This document shows positions 45,748 to 58,997 of a DNA stretch of 64,000 bases, piece by piece. Position numbers and translations under genes: made by a program. Position 1 is the first letter of the stretch, and each line of letters opens with the position of its first letter. The notes under the pieces are model-generated. The model was not told the DNA's origin. It saw only the letters and a program-made list of their open reading frames with translations, and searched no databases. This DNA is from the human T2T-CHM13v2.0 reference genome, Homo sapiens, in NCBI RefSeq assembly GCF_009914755.1, contig NC_060935.1, one strand, 5' to 3'.

Positions 45748-47412
45748 TTTAAAACTGAATTTATTTCCTTCTCCTAGACTTCTACTCTTTCTGGCTTACC
45801 TGTATTAGTAGCATCTCCAGCCAACTCCTTCTTTATCTTGCTTTCCAGTCAGCCATCACCCTTGCCAGTTCTGCTTCTGTAAGATCTGTCAGTCTCTCCA
45901 AAACCAACCACTTTACTTCCCTACTTACAACTATTGCCTCTTCACAATAAAGTCTGACATCCTTAACATCACATGCATAGGATGGCATGGCTTTGCATGT
46001 ATTCTGTGTATTGCTAGCTGGCTGAGGTGATGGAAAAACAGAGTAAAGGCATCCCATTGACTGTGGGTTGTCATTCTCTCTTGTCCTTTGGCCTCTTATG
46101 GCTAAACTGAACATTCTATAAAGGAAGAAATCCAGGCTAACAATGACAGTACAGTGTACTAAGTGCCATCGTAAAGTCAATACTGAATGTTCCACAGGAA
46201 GCAAAGAAAAAGATGCTTGACTATGATTGGCAGGGAGACGTTGGAGGAAATGATGCTCACGGCAAACCTTAAGGGATGAGCAGGAGCTTAGCAGGTGGTC
46301 AAGGTGAGAAACCGGCATTCTGGGCTGAACAAACAGCATAGTGCAGGTGTACAGAGGTGTCAGATGACAGGGTTTTATATGCCCTGCAGGTGAATCTAGA
46401 TATATTCTGAGGGCAGTGAGGAATCACTGCAGGGTTTTAGAATCAGATTTATGTGCTTCAAGAATACTTTGGCAACAATTTTTTGGATGGCTTTAGCGGG
46501 GGACTGGAGGTAGAAAACCATTAGGAGACCACTGCAATAGTCCAGGCAAGAGACAAAGGGCAGAAATAATACCACTAGCTAACATTATTTTGAGCTATGT
46601 GCCAGGCACATAGTAGGTTCTCATTTTGTTTAATTTCATTTTATCCTAACATTCCTATGAGGTGGAGAAACTGAGCAGTTTGCCCACAGTCACACAGTGA
46701 GTGGTGAAGCTGAGTCAGAAATTCAGGTAATGACCCCAGAGCTTGTGGTCCAAACAGCACAGAGGATGGATTTTAGAGTGTTTAGGGACATTAAGTAATT
46801 AAAGGATAAGATCTCATTTCCCTCCCAGAACAGTCTAGCTCAGAGTCCTTAGTTTGGCTTGTGGGAGATTCATTAGGGGCCAACCCACCTTCCCTGGGGA
46901 TAGAGCACGTAAGTCAGGCCATGAGGGCTGTGGCTGGGCTGGTTTGTTTCCTCTGAGCTTTGCTTGCTTTGCTCTGCTGGATTTGAATTATGAGAGTGAC
47001 TGGCAGGCTGATGCCAGCATGATGCGTGAAAAACACTCTCCAAATTGGAAAGAATTTTCCTTCTGGGCTAAGCTGAGAGCACATGTTGCTCATTGGCAGA
47101 TCCTGAAAATCCCAGCATTCAGAGATTTACCAGCGTTCTCTGTAAAGCAAAGCAGATGCCTCTGTGTCTGTCCTGTGAAGGGCTATGTGAGAGGAAAATG
47201 AGTTCCCATGCCTTACCTGCTCACCAACAACGTAGGTTTTAAAGGCAAAGGAACAAAAAGAGTTCAAGTTTGTATCTCCCAGATCATTTCTACCTAATAG
47301 AAATGTGAGTTAATTGTAAGCTTTAAACTTAGACACACTCATTGCCTATTAGGGGTGACTATTTTATTACACATTGTTTGTCAAAAGAGATGCATTTCTA
47401 TTCCTTTTGCAG

Positions 47413-47440
47413 TCGAATGAGGCAGGAGCAAGGCAAGCAG
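47413..47440 (+). other. Candidate micro-exon (28 nt)
   Basis: Acceptor tttctattccttttgcag and donor CAG|gtaacc. ATG at 47417 gives MRQEQGKQ, ending in phase 0. Confidence 0.2.
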
Positions 47441-47636
47441 GTAACCTTGCTCTTTGAGGATTCCTGCAACTGTCTGAGAAAGCTTTGGCAGTTCTGGTGT
47501 GCATGCGACTGACATGCAGGTCTCTTGAGCGTGATGACATTTTTGGGACCTACCTTCTAGAACCTACTGGATTTGCTGTGTCTTGCAGCATAAGTTCACT
47601 GCCTCTCTAACTAAATAAAAGTTAAATAAATAGTTA

Positions 47637-48347
<711 letters not shown>

Positions 48348-48657
48348 GTAAACTCCTAGTCTATTTCCAACAATAGTCTAATGTGTATTTAGAGTTCATG
48401 CTGATCCTCAAGTTGCATACTCAAAATCTTTGCATTTTACTCATCTCTTTCTCATATCTAGCTGACTGCTATACATTGCAAAGTTATAGCACTTCTCACA
48501 TGTGGCAGAATTTTCTTTGATTTTGAGAACCATTTGTATTGTCAAATGCCTCAGACATTAGGATGTATAGTATTTGTTCTTTCCTTATCACTTTCAACCT
48601 CCTTTTTAATGGCTACTTTTGTTTCCATTGTAAGGATGCTCTTCTTAATTGTTGTAG

Positions 48658-48920
48658 TAGCATTTTGGGAGGTCAAGGCAGAGGATCACAGGAGCCCAGG
48701 AGTTCGAGACCAGCCTGGGCAACATAGTCAGACCTCATCTCTGCTAAAAATTTAAAAAATTAGCTGGTCATCATGGTGCATTTCTGTAGTCCCAGTTAGT
48801 AGGTGGCTGAGGCAGGAGGAGCGCTTGAGTCTGGGAGGTCAAGGCTACAGTGAGCCATGGTTGTGCCACTGGACTCCAGCCTGGGTGACAGAGCAAGACC
48901 CTGTCTCCAGGAAAAAAAAA
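48658..48920 (+). mobile_element. AluJ, slightly 5'-truncated
   Basis: Dimeric J-type Alu with A-tail. Confidence 0.9.
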
Positions 48921-51522
48921 TTAGTTATGGTAAATCCTTACAACCATCCTAGCGTAGGGAATGTGCCCTTACAATATGGTGGAGGGCAAAAGGATGCTCA
49001 TACCATGTTTGGGTCAAGGGCACTTTGGCACCAGGGTTCAGCTTAGCTTTGTGTGAGTGTTCATCCATTGAAATTCACAGGTAGAAGGGCTTCTCTACTC
49101 CCAGGTCTGCCTGTGTTACCCCACTGTCCCAGTCACTGGCCCCCTTAGGGTGGCTCTCAGAGGCCCTGCCAGCTCCTGCTTCCTCCCTTTGCCCCTGCTG
49201 TTCCTTCTGCCTGGACAACCTCTCTTTCCCACGTATCCAGTTCAAGTCCCTGTTGTCCAAAGCCCTTCCCTTACTGCTCCAACCACATCACGGTACCCTC
49301 GAATTCCTTTCTCTGTACTGGTCTTTCTCTCTTCATCTAAGTGACCAGCAGTGAAATTCCACAGAAGAAACCTTTGACTTGGAGTCAAAAGTTCAGATTT
49401 GAGCCTTGTATCTGCCTCATATCAGACAGCCATCTCTGAGCCTCAATTTCCTCCTCAGTAAATTCTGACAACTATTTGCACTTGGAAGACATGACAAGGC
49501 CGTTTCAGGGTCAGGTATGATCATGTAGGAAATAAGCTTTGGAGATGATTCAGCGTATGCAAAGATCCCAGACATAATCATTATAGGATTTTTTATGCTT
49601 CATCTAGAACAGCGTGGCCCTTACTAAGAACATATAAATCCCAGTGATGCTGGTGGCAAGTGACAGAGTACATTTTAACTACAGTTGCAAAATGAAATCC
49701 TGCTCAGAACTGGCTTTGTTCCCTTTTGGGATTTCCACATTTGGGAAAGGGTGATCAAAGAGAGGAAGAGAAAAAGAAGGAAGCTGACGTTTTACAGAGC
49801 TGTGCATTCAGTTTGTGTAAGCTACTTTGGATAATCACATTTCCTGATTGCCTTTGTGGGTTTGGAACATTCAGTCATTTGTTCTTACGTTTAGTCATCC
49901 ACTGAACATTTATTGAGAGTTTATTATGCCCTGGGCACTGTGGATACAGAGATGAATAAGGAGATGAATAAGGCACATGCCTGCAACCCAGCCAGGTTGA
50001 GGGAGCTGGCATGTGACCAACAAGATGGATGCAGCAATTAAGATATGTCTAGGGAACAGAAGGGGCACCTAGCTCAAACCAGGGACCAGCAATTATTCTC
50101 AGGGCATTGTTTGCATGGAAGGTAAGACGGCATACACTGGGCATATGACTGCATGTAGTAGGGTAAGAAAACATCCAATACAAAGGAATCCATTAGATGA
50201 CATGGCTGTATTCCTGAACTCATGTTCTCAGCCACTCTACAGCCAAATATTAGCCTGTCAGGGGTCTGATGGCGTGGTGCGTTTCCATGACGTAATTTCT
50301 TTAGACCACTCTCAGCATACTGCCTTGGAGGAAGGGGCCAAATCAGTGTCCCTCACATAAAGGGCCCTGTGTTTCTCCACTGTGTTTTGCTCACTCTAGC
50401 CATCTGTGGGTAGGGCCACTGCTCAGACAGTGATACTCAGACACAGGAAGACTTGGTTGAGTCTCTCTCTATTTTTGAATGATTTCAGGTTTCCTAGACT
50501 TCTGCTTGAGTAGACTGGGAAACTCAAAGCCTTAGTCAAGGAAACCAATTTTTTTTCTTTTTCTTTTTTAATTAGCTTTTTATTTTAGAATTACAAAAAT
50601 GTTGCAAAGATAGCACAGGGAGTTTCCATATACCCCTCACCCAGTTTTCCCTTACTGTGAGCATCAGACATTACCACTTGTCACAACTAAGAAATCAGCG
50701 TTGGAATATTTCTATTACCTGAATTCCACATTTTATTCACATTTCACCAGTTTTCCCACTAATGTTCTTTCCTGTTCCAGGATCCCATCCAGGATATCAC
50801 ATTATGCTTAATTGTCATGTCTCCTTAGGTTCCTTTAGGCTATGACAGTTTCCCAGCTTGTCCTTGTTTTTGATGACCTTGACAGTTTTGAGGAGTGCTG
50901 GTCAGATGTTTTGTAGAATGTCCCTCCATTGGGTTTGTCTGATGTTTTTCTCATAGCTAGACTGGGGTCATGGGTTTTGGGAGGAAGACCACAGAGGTGA
51001 AGCTAACATAGTTGTATTCCATTCACATCATTTCAGTGGTACATGCTATCAACATGGCATTGCTACGGATGTTAATCTTTATCACCTGGCCTAGGTGGAC
51101 CTTTCTAGTTTTTGTCACTGTAAAATGACTTTCCTCCCACTTTCTATACTCTCATTCTTTAGAAGTGAGTCATTAGGTGCACTCCATACTCAAAGGGATG
51201 GGGGAATTAAATTCTATTTCCTAGGAATCTACATAAATTATTTGGAATTCTTCTGTGAGGAAGATTAGCCTTCCCATTTATTATTTATGTAATTATGTAC
51301 TTATATCAGTATGCAGTTATAAATATTTATTTTATATTTATTTACACATAACATTGCTTTATCTGTTTTGTTGCTCAAATGGTTTCTGCTTTGGCCATGG
51401 GGAGATACTTTAGGTTGACCTCTGTTTCCTTTTGGCATGCCCCCACCCTTTTGGTTTTTGAGCACTTCCTTACTTTCAGACACAAGATGCTTCAAGCTCA
51501 TCTTGTATTCTTCATCCCCATC

Positions 51523-52694
51523 TACAAAGATCTGTTTTTCACTCCCATGACATTTCTGACACCAACTGTGTGTTTTTTTCTTCCCTACTCTAACCAGTTC
51601 TCTAACACTAGCAAAGGTGCCCCACAATTCAGTTCGGTTCTGACACTATCTACTTGGAGTTAGAGTCAGATTCTGAAGTTCAAGGCTCAGTCCACAAGGC
51701 TTCCTCCACTTCAAACACCAATTGCAAGTCCAGGCCTCCTGTACTTCTGACTAACCTGCTATAAATTGGGGGTTCCCACCACTCTGTCCTCTGAGCCACC
51801 TTCGCGGCTTGTCTCATTAAGCTTCTGAGGGCCTCCTGAGGAATCCAGCTGAATAGTGTTCAGCTTTTTGGTTATTATTTGCCACTTAGCAGTTTTTAAG
51901 ATCAGAGATATGATCTAGTGCCACCACAGGAGATTTGCTTTGGGAAAGAGTCTATGAGATGTAGCTGTGGCTGGTGAAAAAGCACTGGCCAAGTCTAGAA
52001 CTATATAAAAAGGGTTATGTACTATAACCAAATGGAACTTATCCCTGGACAGACCTCCGGGAAAACAGTTTACTCACTATTGTCAGTTTATTATAAAGGC
52101 TACAACTCAGGAAGAGCAGCATAGATGCAGAAGGCAAGGCATGAAGATGGGGGTGCGAGGCTTCCATGCACTCCCCAAGCTGCACCTTGATGTGTTCACC
52201 AGCCCAGGAGCTCTCTGAACCCAGTTGAAAAAACTGTTTTTTTTCAACCCAGGTTTTTTCTGCAGTCTCTATTTTGTAGGCATGATCTATTACATCATTG
52301 GTCACTGGTGATTAATCAATCTCCAGCCCTGGAGGTCAGAGGGTGTGGCTGAAAATTTCAACCATCTAATCACTGGCTGATCTTCTGGTAACCAGTTCCC
52401 ATCCTGAAGCTATGTATGGGCCCACCAAGAGATACCTCATCAGCATAAACTCAAGTATGGTTAAAAGGGGCTTCTGAGGAAAAGTAAATGATGCTCCTCT
52501 CACTCCTGTCACTCAGGAAATTCCAAGCGTTTTAGACTCTCTTGTGTCAGGAACCAGGAACAAATACCAAATATTATTAAAAAAGGCACTCTTCTCACCC
52601 CATCACTTAGGAAACTTTAAGGGTTTAGGAGCTCTGTGCTAGGAACCTGGGATGAAGGCCAAATATATATTTCTTATTATGTCACAATATTACA
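51523..52694 (-). mobile_element. MER21-family solo LTR carrying a 255-bp foreign insert
   Basis: Contains ttctgacactatctacttggagttagagtcaga and cactcaggaaattccaag. Ends cacaatattaca. 5-bp TSD CCATC at 51518-51522 and 52695-52699. Confidence 0.85.
51791..52045 (-). repeat. Inverted templated copy of 27182-27433
   Basis: Direct reverse-complement alignment, ~94-95% identity by manual count. Confidence 0.97.
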
Positions 52695-53709
52695 CCATCC
52701 CTAGAATCAAGATTGTGTTCTTCAAGGAGTCCTGGTTTTTTTTTTTTTTTTTTTTGGAGAATGGCAGTAGAGTTCAAGATTTTGGCTCTGGGTATGCTCA
52801 TTGGTACTGAGGTATAACTGTTTCTAGTTTTTGCAGCAGACAGAGCTAGGAAATATAGGTATGTATGTATAATCATGCATACACACATATATATATTTCT
52901 ATATCTATCCATCTGTATCTATGTTAAGCTAAATGTGAGTTTAGATTGATGTCTCTGACTCTGATCTATCACCACATGGACTCCTTCTAGCCTTGTCTCT
53001 GCTTATCTGTAACTTCTTCTTCTAACAGTGAGAACACTGGCTCTCACCATCCATCATTCAACCCTAGTATACATGTATAGCAATTTCATAATTCTTAACT
53101 TATACCCCTGTGAGAAGCAACTTTAAAGTACAGTGTTTGTATACAATTTCCTTTGTCTCTAGCCTTACAATTTCCAACATTTTCCAAATTTTCAAAGCCA
53201 AAACATAATTTTCCAAATTTTCTAAAGCTACTTATATTAGCTTTAATTTTCCCCCCACTCCCTACTGTGCATCTGCCTCTTTTAAAATTATTTTCTACCC
53301 ACTTGGCTTGAAAGAAATACTGGATGTTGGTTTGTCAATGAGCCTTTGAACCATGATATTTCCCTCAAGTCAGTGTCACGACTGTAAGAGCCTTTCACCA
53401 GGCTTGGCAGACAGATGAATCTTTTAGATAATTTTGCTTAATTAGAAAAATCATATGTTTATAAAAGTCATTTTTGCTTATTCTAGACAACATGGGAATT
53501 TTTATACTATGCACACAGTGTATAGGGTAAAATGGAAAGATTTTTCAAATGCACTAATGAAAGATATTCTTAACACTTCCAACAGCACATGTATCACATT
53601 ATATGCACACTGTTGTATCCCGATATAAAATTGTTATAAACATACAGAATGAGAGTTGGAAAACAATATCAGTCAACTCTGGTCTGGAAAACATGTGGTT
53701 TCTTTTGAG

Positions 53710-54107
53710 TGTTAAATTAAACTAAATTTGACCTGAGGATGTCTCCATACAGGAGTCTTCACATAACAAACTGCAGCCTAACTTCATACATAAACTAACT
53801 GGAAGCCTAATTTAGGAATATACTTTTGTAACATATAGCTGAGTCTCAGCCAATCATAGCAGCTGAGAGCTTCATTCAATCACAGGCGGTCAATTGTTCA
53901 GACCAAGTTCAAATAAGGCAAACCCCAAGCAGTAACCAATCAGGCTGTCTCTATACCTCACTTCCATTTCTGTACCTCATTTGTATTTTCTGTTCGTCAG
54001 TGCTGTCTGATCACGTGGCAGGTTGGAGTCCTTTGAACTTGTTCTGGTTCTGAAAGCTGCCTGATTCTAGAATGATGAATTAAGATCTTTAAATTTTGTC
54101 TTTTTAA
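53710..54107 (+). mobile_element. MER57-family ERV1 solo LTR
   Basis: TGTTAAATTAAAC...ctcagccaatca...ttcaaataaggcaaac...gtaaccaatc. TGAG on both flanks. Confidence 0.8.
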
Positions 54108-54329
54108 TGAGAGTAAGGAATTTTAAAAGATGAGATATGCTTAAAGACACAGAGATTGAAGTGGAAATTCCACCTCCTCCATTTCTGCCTTATGTCTGGG
54201 TGTTGTGTTCTGAGACTTTTCACTCCACTTAAACCCTTTCTTTTATAACTGAGAGCCCCTTGATCCCTCCTTTCTCCAGACACTTTTGCTTTGCAAATAG
54301 TAGGAACTCAGGAAACAATTGTGTTTTTG

Positions 54330-54630
54330 TTGTTATTGTTTGTTTTAATTTTTGTTTTTTCTTGAGACAGTGTCTCACTCTGTCACCCAGACTGGAGTGC
54401 AGTGGTGTGATCACAGCTCACTGTAACCTCAACCTCTGGGGCTCAAGTGATCCTCTCACCTCAGCCTCCTGAGTAGCTGGGACCACAGGCACAAGACACA
54501 TGCTAGGCTAATTTTTAAATTTTTCATAGAGATGGTGTCTCGCTAGGTTGCCCAGGCTGGTCTCGAACTTTTCGCCTCTTGCCTCAGCCTCCAAAGTGCT
54601 GGGATTACAGGGTGAGCCACTGCACGTAGC
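54330..54630 (-). mobile_element. AluJ
   Basis: Diverged dimeric Alu. Confidence 0.9.
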
Positions 54631-55498
54631 TTGGATATAATTGTTGAGTAGCTGAATAGGAGACCTAAGTCAGCCTTGAAAATCACCTGTTCCTGCTTAT
54701 TTTCAGGGATCTCTTTCCTATTTGCCAATAAACACATTTTAGTGGACTAATCATGAATCATTTTATGGTTGGCCTCACATTTAAAATGTTGGTGGTGCTC
54801 CTCCTGCCCTCCAAAGCCCTTTATGGAGCACATTAACAGAGCCCTGCCAGCGTTACAAGCTGGGCCCCACCTGAGGTTGTCTCCATTGCCCCCTCCACCC
54901 ACTTTACTGGCCACAGAATGTTTGTGCTTTGGTGTTTTCATCAGTTGAGTTCCTTTTGCTCACCAAAGAAACACCACAAAAGACACTTTTGCCAGAAAAC
55001 CTTTCTCTTCCCTTGCTTCAAATCCATCACTTTACAAAGAGTGTTTTAATTAAAACAGCTTATAAAAGTTTATGCTTTGGATTTTTTTCCTCCCAGGGAA
55101 ACAGTATTCAGGCTGCATAGAGTCATTCTACTTGGTGGGATGACTGTCCTAAAGATGTCCTTTCCCTAAGCCCAATTTCCCCACCAGAGAGAAGAGCCCG
55201 CCAGGGTTGTTAGGGCCGAGAAGATGGTCTCAGATGCAGCAGCGTGCTGGGCCCATTGCAGAGTGCTCAGTTCATCTTCTGGGTAGTCTGTGTCTGGTTT
55301 CATGCCAGGAGGGAGAGCTAAAGGGAAGCTACAGAAGCATCCACGGTTGGCAGGACTGTTGGACATTTGCGGCTTCAGCAGGGTCACCCTGTTTGGTTGA
55401 GCAGGTTGTTTCTGTACAAGGCAGCGAGCATCCAGGGTCTGAGTCAGGGACTGAGATCCAGACTGTGCCAGGCTTGACCTATGCCTGCCATGGGGCTG

Positions 55499-55925
55499 GG
55501 TATTAGTTTCCTGTGGCTACTGTGATGAACTGTCACCAGCTGGGTGCCTTAAAACAACACATTTCTTCTCTCACAGTTTTGGAGGCCAGAAGTCTGAAAT
55601 CAAGGTGTCATCTGGGTTCTGGAGGCTCAGAGGGAGAATCTGTTCTTAGCTTCTGGCGGCTACCAGAAATCTTTAGCATTCCTTGGTTGTGGCAGCAGCA
55701 CTTTAATCTCTGCCTTTGTTTTCACAGGACCTTCTTTTGTGCCTGTGTGTATTTCTTTTCCTCTTCTTATAACGATGCCAGTCATATTAGATTTGGGGCC
55801 GTCCCTAATCCAGAATGATCTCATTTTAACTAATTACCTCCACAAAGACCCAATTTCCAAACAAGGTCACATTCCAAGGTTCTGTTTGAACAGAATTTTT
55901 AGGGGACACTCCTCAACCCAGTATG
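55499..55925 (-). mobile_element. MLT1B/C (MaLR) solo LTR
   Basis: tattagtttcct...tctcacagttttggaggccagaagtctgaaatcaaggtgtc...ggggacac...caaccca. TSD GGCTG on both sides. Confidence 0.85.
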
Positions 55926-56359
55926 GGCTGCATCAGCCTGAAGGAAAAGGCACCTCTAAAAAGTTGCCAGTGGTTCTGTCTGCTTGCCAAGCTGTGTTCT
56001 CCACAATTTTTTTCCTCTAATTTGAACAAAGGTGCTATTTTGGCTAGCGGAAGCCCTAGATTTTGCTTTGGAAGCAGTCAGCACTGCAAGATATATTAGT
56101 TTACAAGCTTCTTGAAGCAGGGACCTTGTCTGGTAACTCTTTAAGAACTGCCATAGCTTCTACCCATCCATTAAATTCTCAAAAATGTTTGTTGCAATCA
56201 TGGCAAATAATTATGAAAAAAATCTGGAAAGGCCCTTCTGATTCCGGCTATTACAGCAAAGCTTTTTTATTTTTTAAAAAACATAGATGAGTAGCTTTTA
56301 ACCTGTTTTATCCCATTATTCTCTGCTTCTTTGGTGGTTTAAAAAAGCCTGTTGGATTC

Positions 56360-58997
56360 TTTTTTTTTTTTTTTAAATTTTTTTATTGATAATTCTTGGG
56401 TGTTTCTCACAGAGGGGGATTTGGCAGGGTCATGGGACAACAGTGGAGGGAAGGTCAGCAGATAAACAAGTCAACAAAGGTCTCTGGTTTTCCTAGGCAG
56501 AGGACCCTGCGGCCTTCTGCAGTGTCTGTGTCCCTGATTACTTGAGATTAGGGATTGGTGATGACTCTTAACGAGCATGCTGCCTTCAAGCATCTGTTTA
56601 ACAAAGCACATCTTGCACCGCCCTTAATCCATTTAACCCTGAGTGGACACAGCACATGTTTCAGAGAGCACAGGGTTGGGGGTAAGGTCACAGATCAACA
56701 GGATCCCAAGGCAGAAGAATGTTTCTTAGTGCAGAACAAAATGAAAAGTCTCCCATGTCTACTTCTTTCCACACAGACACGGCAACCATCCGATTTCTCA
56801 ATCTTTTCCCCACCTTTCCCGCCTTTCTATTCCACAAAGCCGCCATTGTCATCCTGGCCCGTTCTCAATGAGCTGTTGGGCACACCTCCCAGACGGGGTG
56901 GTGGCCGGGCAGAGGGGCTCCTCACTTCCCAGTAGGGGCGGCCGGGCAGAGGCGCCCCTCACCTCCCGGACGGGGCGGCTGGCCGGGCGGGGGGGCTGAC
57001 CCCCCCCACCTCCCTCCCGGACGGGGCGGCTGGCCGGGCAGAGGGGCTCCTCACTTCCCAGTAGGGGTGGCCGGGCAGAGGCGCCCCTCACCTCCCGGAC
57101 GGGGCGGCTGGCCGGGCGGGGGGCTGACCCCCCCACCTCCCTCCCGGACAGGGCGGCTGGCTGGGCGGGGGGCTGACCCCCCAACCTCCCTCCCGGACCG
57201 GGCGGCTGGCCGGGCAGAGGGGCTCCTCACTTCCCAGTAGGGGCGGCCGGGCAGAGGCGCCCCTCACCTCCCAGACGGGGCGGCTGGCCGGGCGGAGGGC
57301 TGACCCCCCCACCTCCCTCCCGGACGGGGCGGCTGGCCAGGCGGGGGGCTGACCCCCCCACCTCCCTCCCGGACGGGGCGGCTGGCCGGGTGGGGGGGCT
57401 GACCCCCCCATCTCCCTCCCGGACAGGGTGGCTGGCCAGGCTGAGGGGCTCCTCACTTCCCAGTAGGGGCGGCCGGGCAGAGGCGCCCCTCACTTCCCGG
57501 ACGGGGCGGCTGGCCGGGCGGGGGGGCTGACCCCCCCCACCTCCCTCCCGGACGGGGCGGCTGGCCGGGCGGGGGGGCTGACCCCCCCACCTCCCTCCCA
57601 GACGGGGCGGCTGGCCGGGCGGGGGGGCTGACCCCCCCACCTCCCTCCCGGACAGGGCGGCTGGCCGGGCGGGGGGCTGACCCCCCCACCTCCCTCCCGG
57701 ACCGGGCGGCTGGCCGGGCAGAGGGGCTCCTCACTTCCCAGTAGGGGCGGCCGGGCAGAGGCGCCCCTCACCTCCCAGACGAGGCGGCTGGCCGGGCGGA
57801 GGGCTGACCCCCCCACCTCCCTCCCGGACGGGGCGGCTGGCCAGGCGGGGGGCTGACCCCCCCACCTCCCTCCCGGACGGGGCGGCTGGCCGGGTGGGGG
57901 GGCTGACCCCCCCATCTCCCTCCCGGACGGGGTGGCTGGCCAGGCTGAGGGGCTCCTCACTTCCCAGTAGGGGCGGCCGGGCAGAGGCGCCCCTCACCTC
58001 CCGGACGGGGCGGCTGGCCGGGCGGGGGGCTGACCCCCCCACCTCCCTCCCGGACTGCACGGCTGGCCGGGCGGGGGGGCTGACCCCCCACCTCCCTCCC
58101 GGATGGGGTGGCTGCCGGGCGGAGACGCTCCTCACTTCCCAGATTGGGTCGCTGCCGGGCGGAGAGGCTCCTCACTTCTCAGATGGGGCAGCTGCCGGGC
58201 GGAGGGGCTCCTCACTTCTCAGACGGGGTGGTTGCCAGGCAGAGGGTCTCCTCACTTCTCAGACGTGGCGGCCGGGCAGAGACGCTCCTCACCTCCCAGA
58301 CGGGGTCTCGGCCGGGCAGAGGCGCTCCTCACATCCCAGATGGGGCGGCGGGGCAGAGGCACTCCCCACATCTCAGACGATGGGCGGCCGGGCAGAGACG
58401 CTCCTCACTTCCTAGATGTGATGGCGGCTGGGAAGAGGCGCTCCTCACTTCCTAGATGGGATGGCGGCCGGGCGCAGACGCTCCTCACTTTCCAGACTGG
58501 GCAGCCAGGCAGAGGGGCTCCTCACATCCCAGACGATGGGCGGCCAGGCAGAGACACTCCTCACTTCCCAGACGGGGTGGCGGCCGGGCAGAGGCTGCAA
58601 TCTCGGCACCCTGGGAGGCCAAGGCAGGCGGCTGGGAGGTGTAGGTTGTAGCGAGCCGAGATCACGCCACTGCACTCCAGCCTGGGCACCATTGAACACT
58701 GAGTGAACGAGACTCCGTCTGCAATCCCGGCACCTCGGGAGGCCAAGGCTGGCAGATCACTCGCGGTTAGGGGCTGGAGACCGGCCCGGCCAACACAGCG
58801 AAACCCCGTCTCCACCAAGACCAGTCAGGCGTGGCGGCGCGTGCCTGCAATTGCAGGCACTCGGCAGGCTGAGGCAGGAGAATCAGGCAGGGAGGTTGCA
58901 GTGAGCCGAGATGGCAGCAGTACAATCCAGCTTCGGCTCCGCATGAGAGGGAGACCGTGGGGAGAGGGAGAGGGAGAGGGAGAGGGAGAGGGAGAGC
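56360..58997 (-). mobile_element. Full-length SVA retrotransposon (SVA_E/F-like, probably F)
   Basis: Domains: poly(T); SINE-R ~56375-56885; GC-rich VNTR ~56885-58590; Alu-like ~58590-58960; six hexamers at 58961-58996. TSD GCCTGTTGGATTC at 56347-56359 and 58998-59010. Confidence 0.97.

Larger units (their letters stand above)
50565..53270 (-). mobile_element. L1MC3/4-type 3'UTR, split by MER21
   Basis: Contains ttccaggatcccatccaggatatcacatt. Resumes after MER21 with ccctagaatc...caaggagtcctggtt. Confidence 0.75.
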
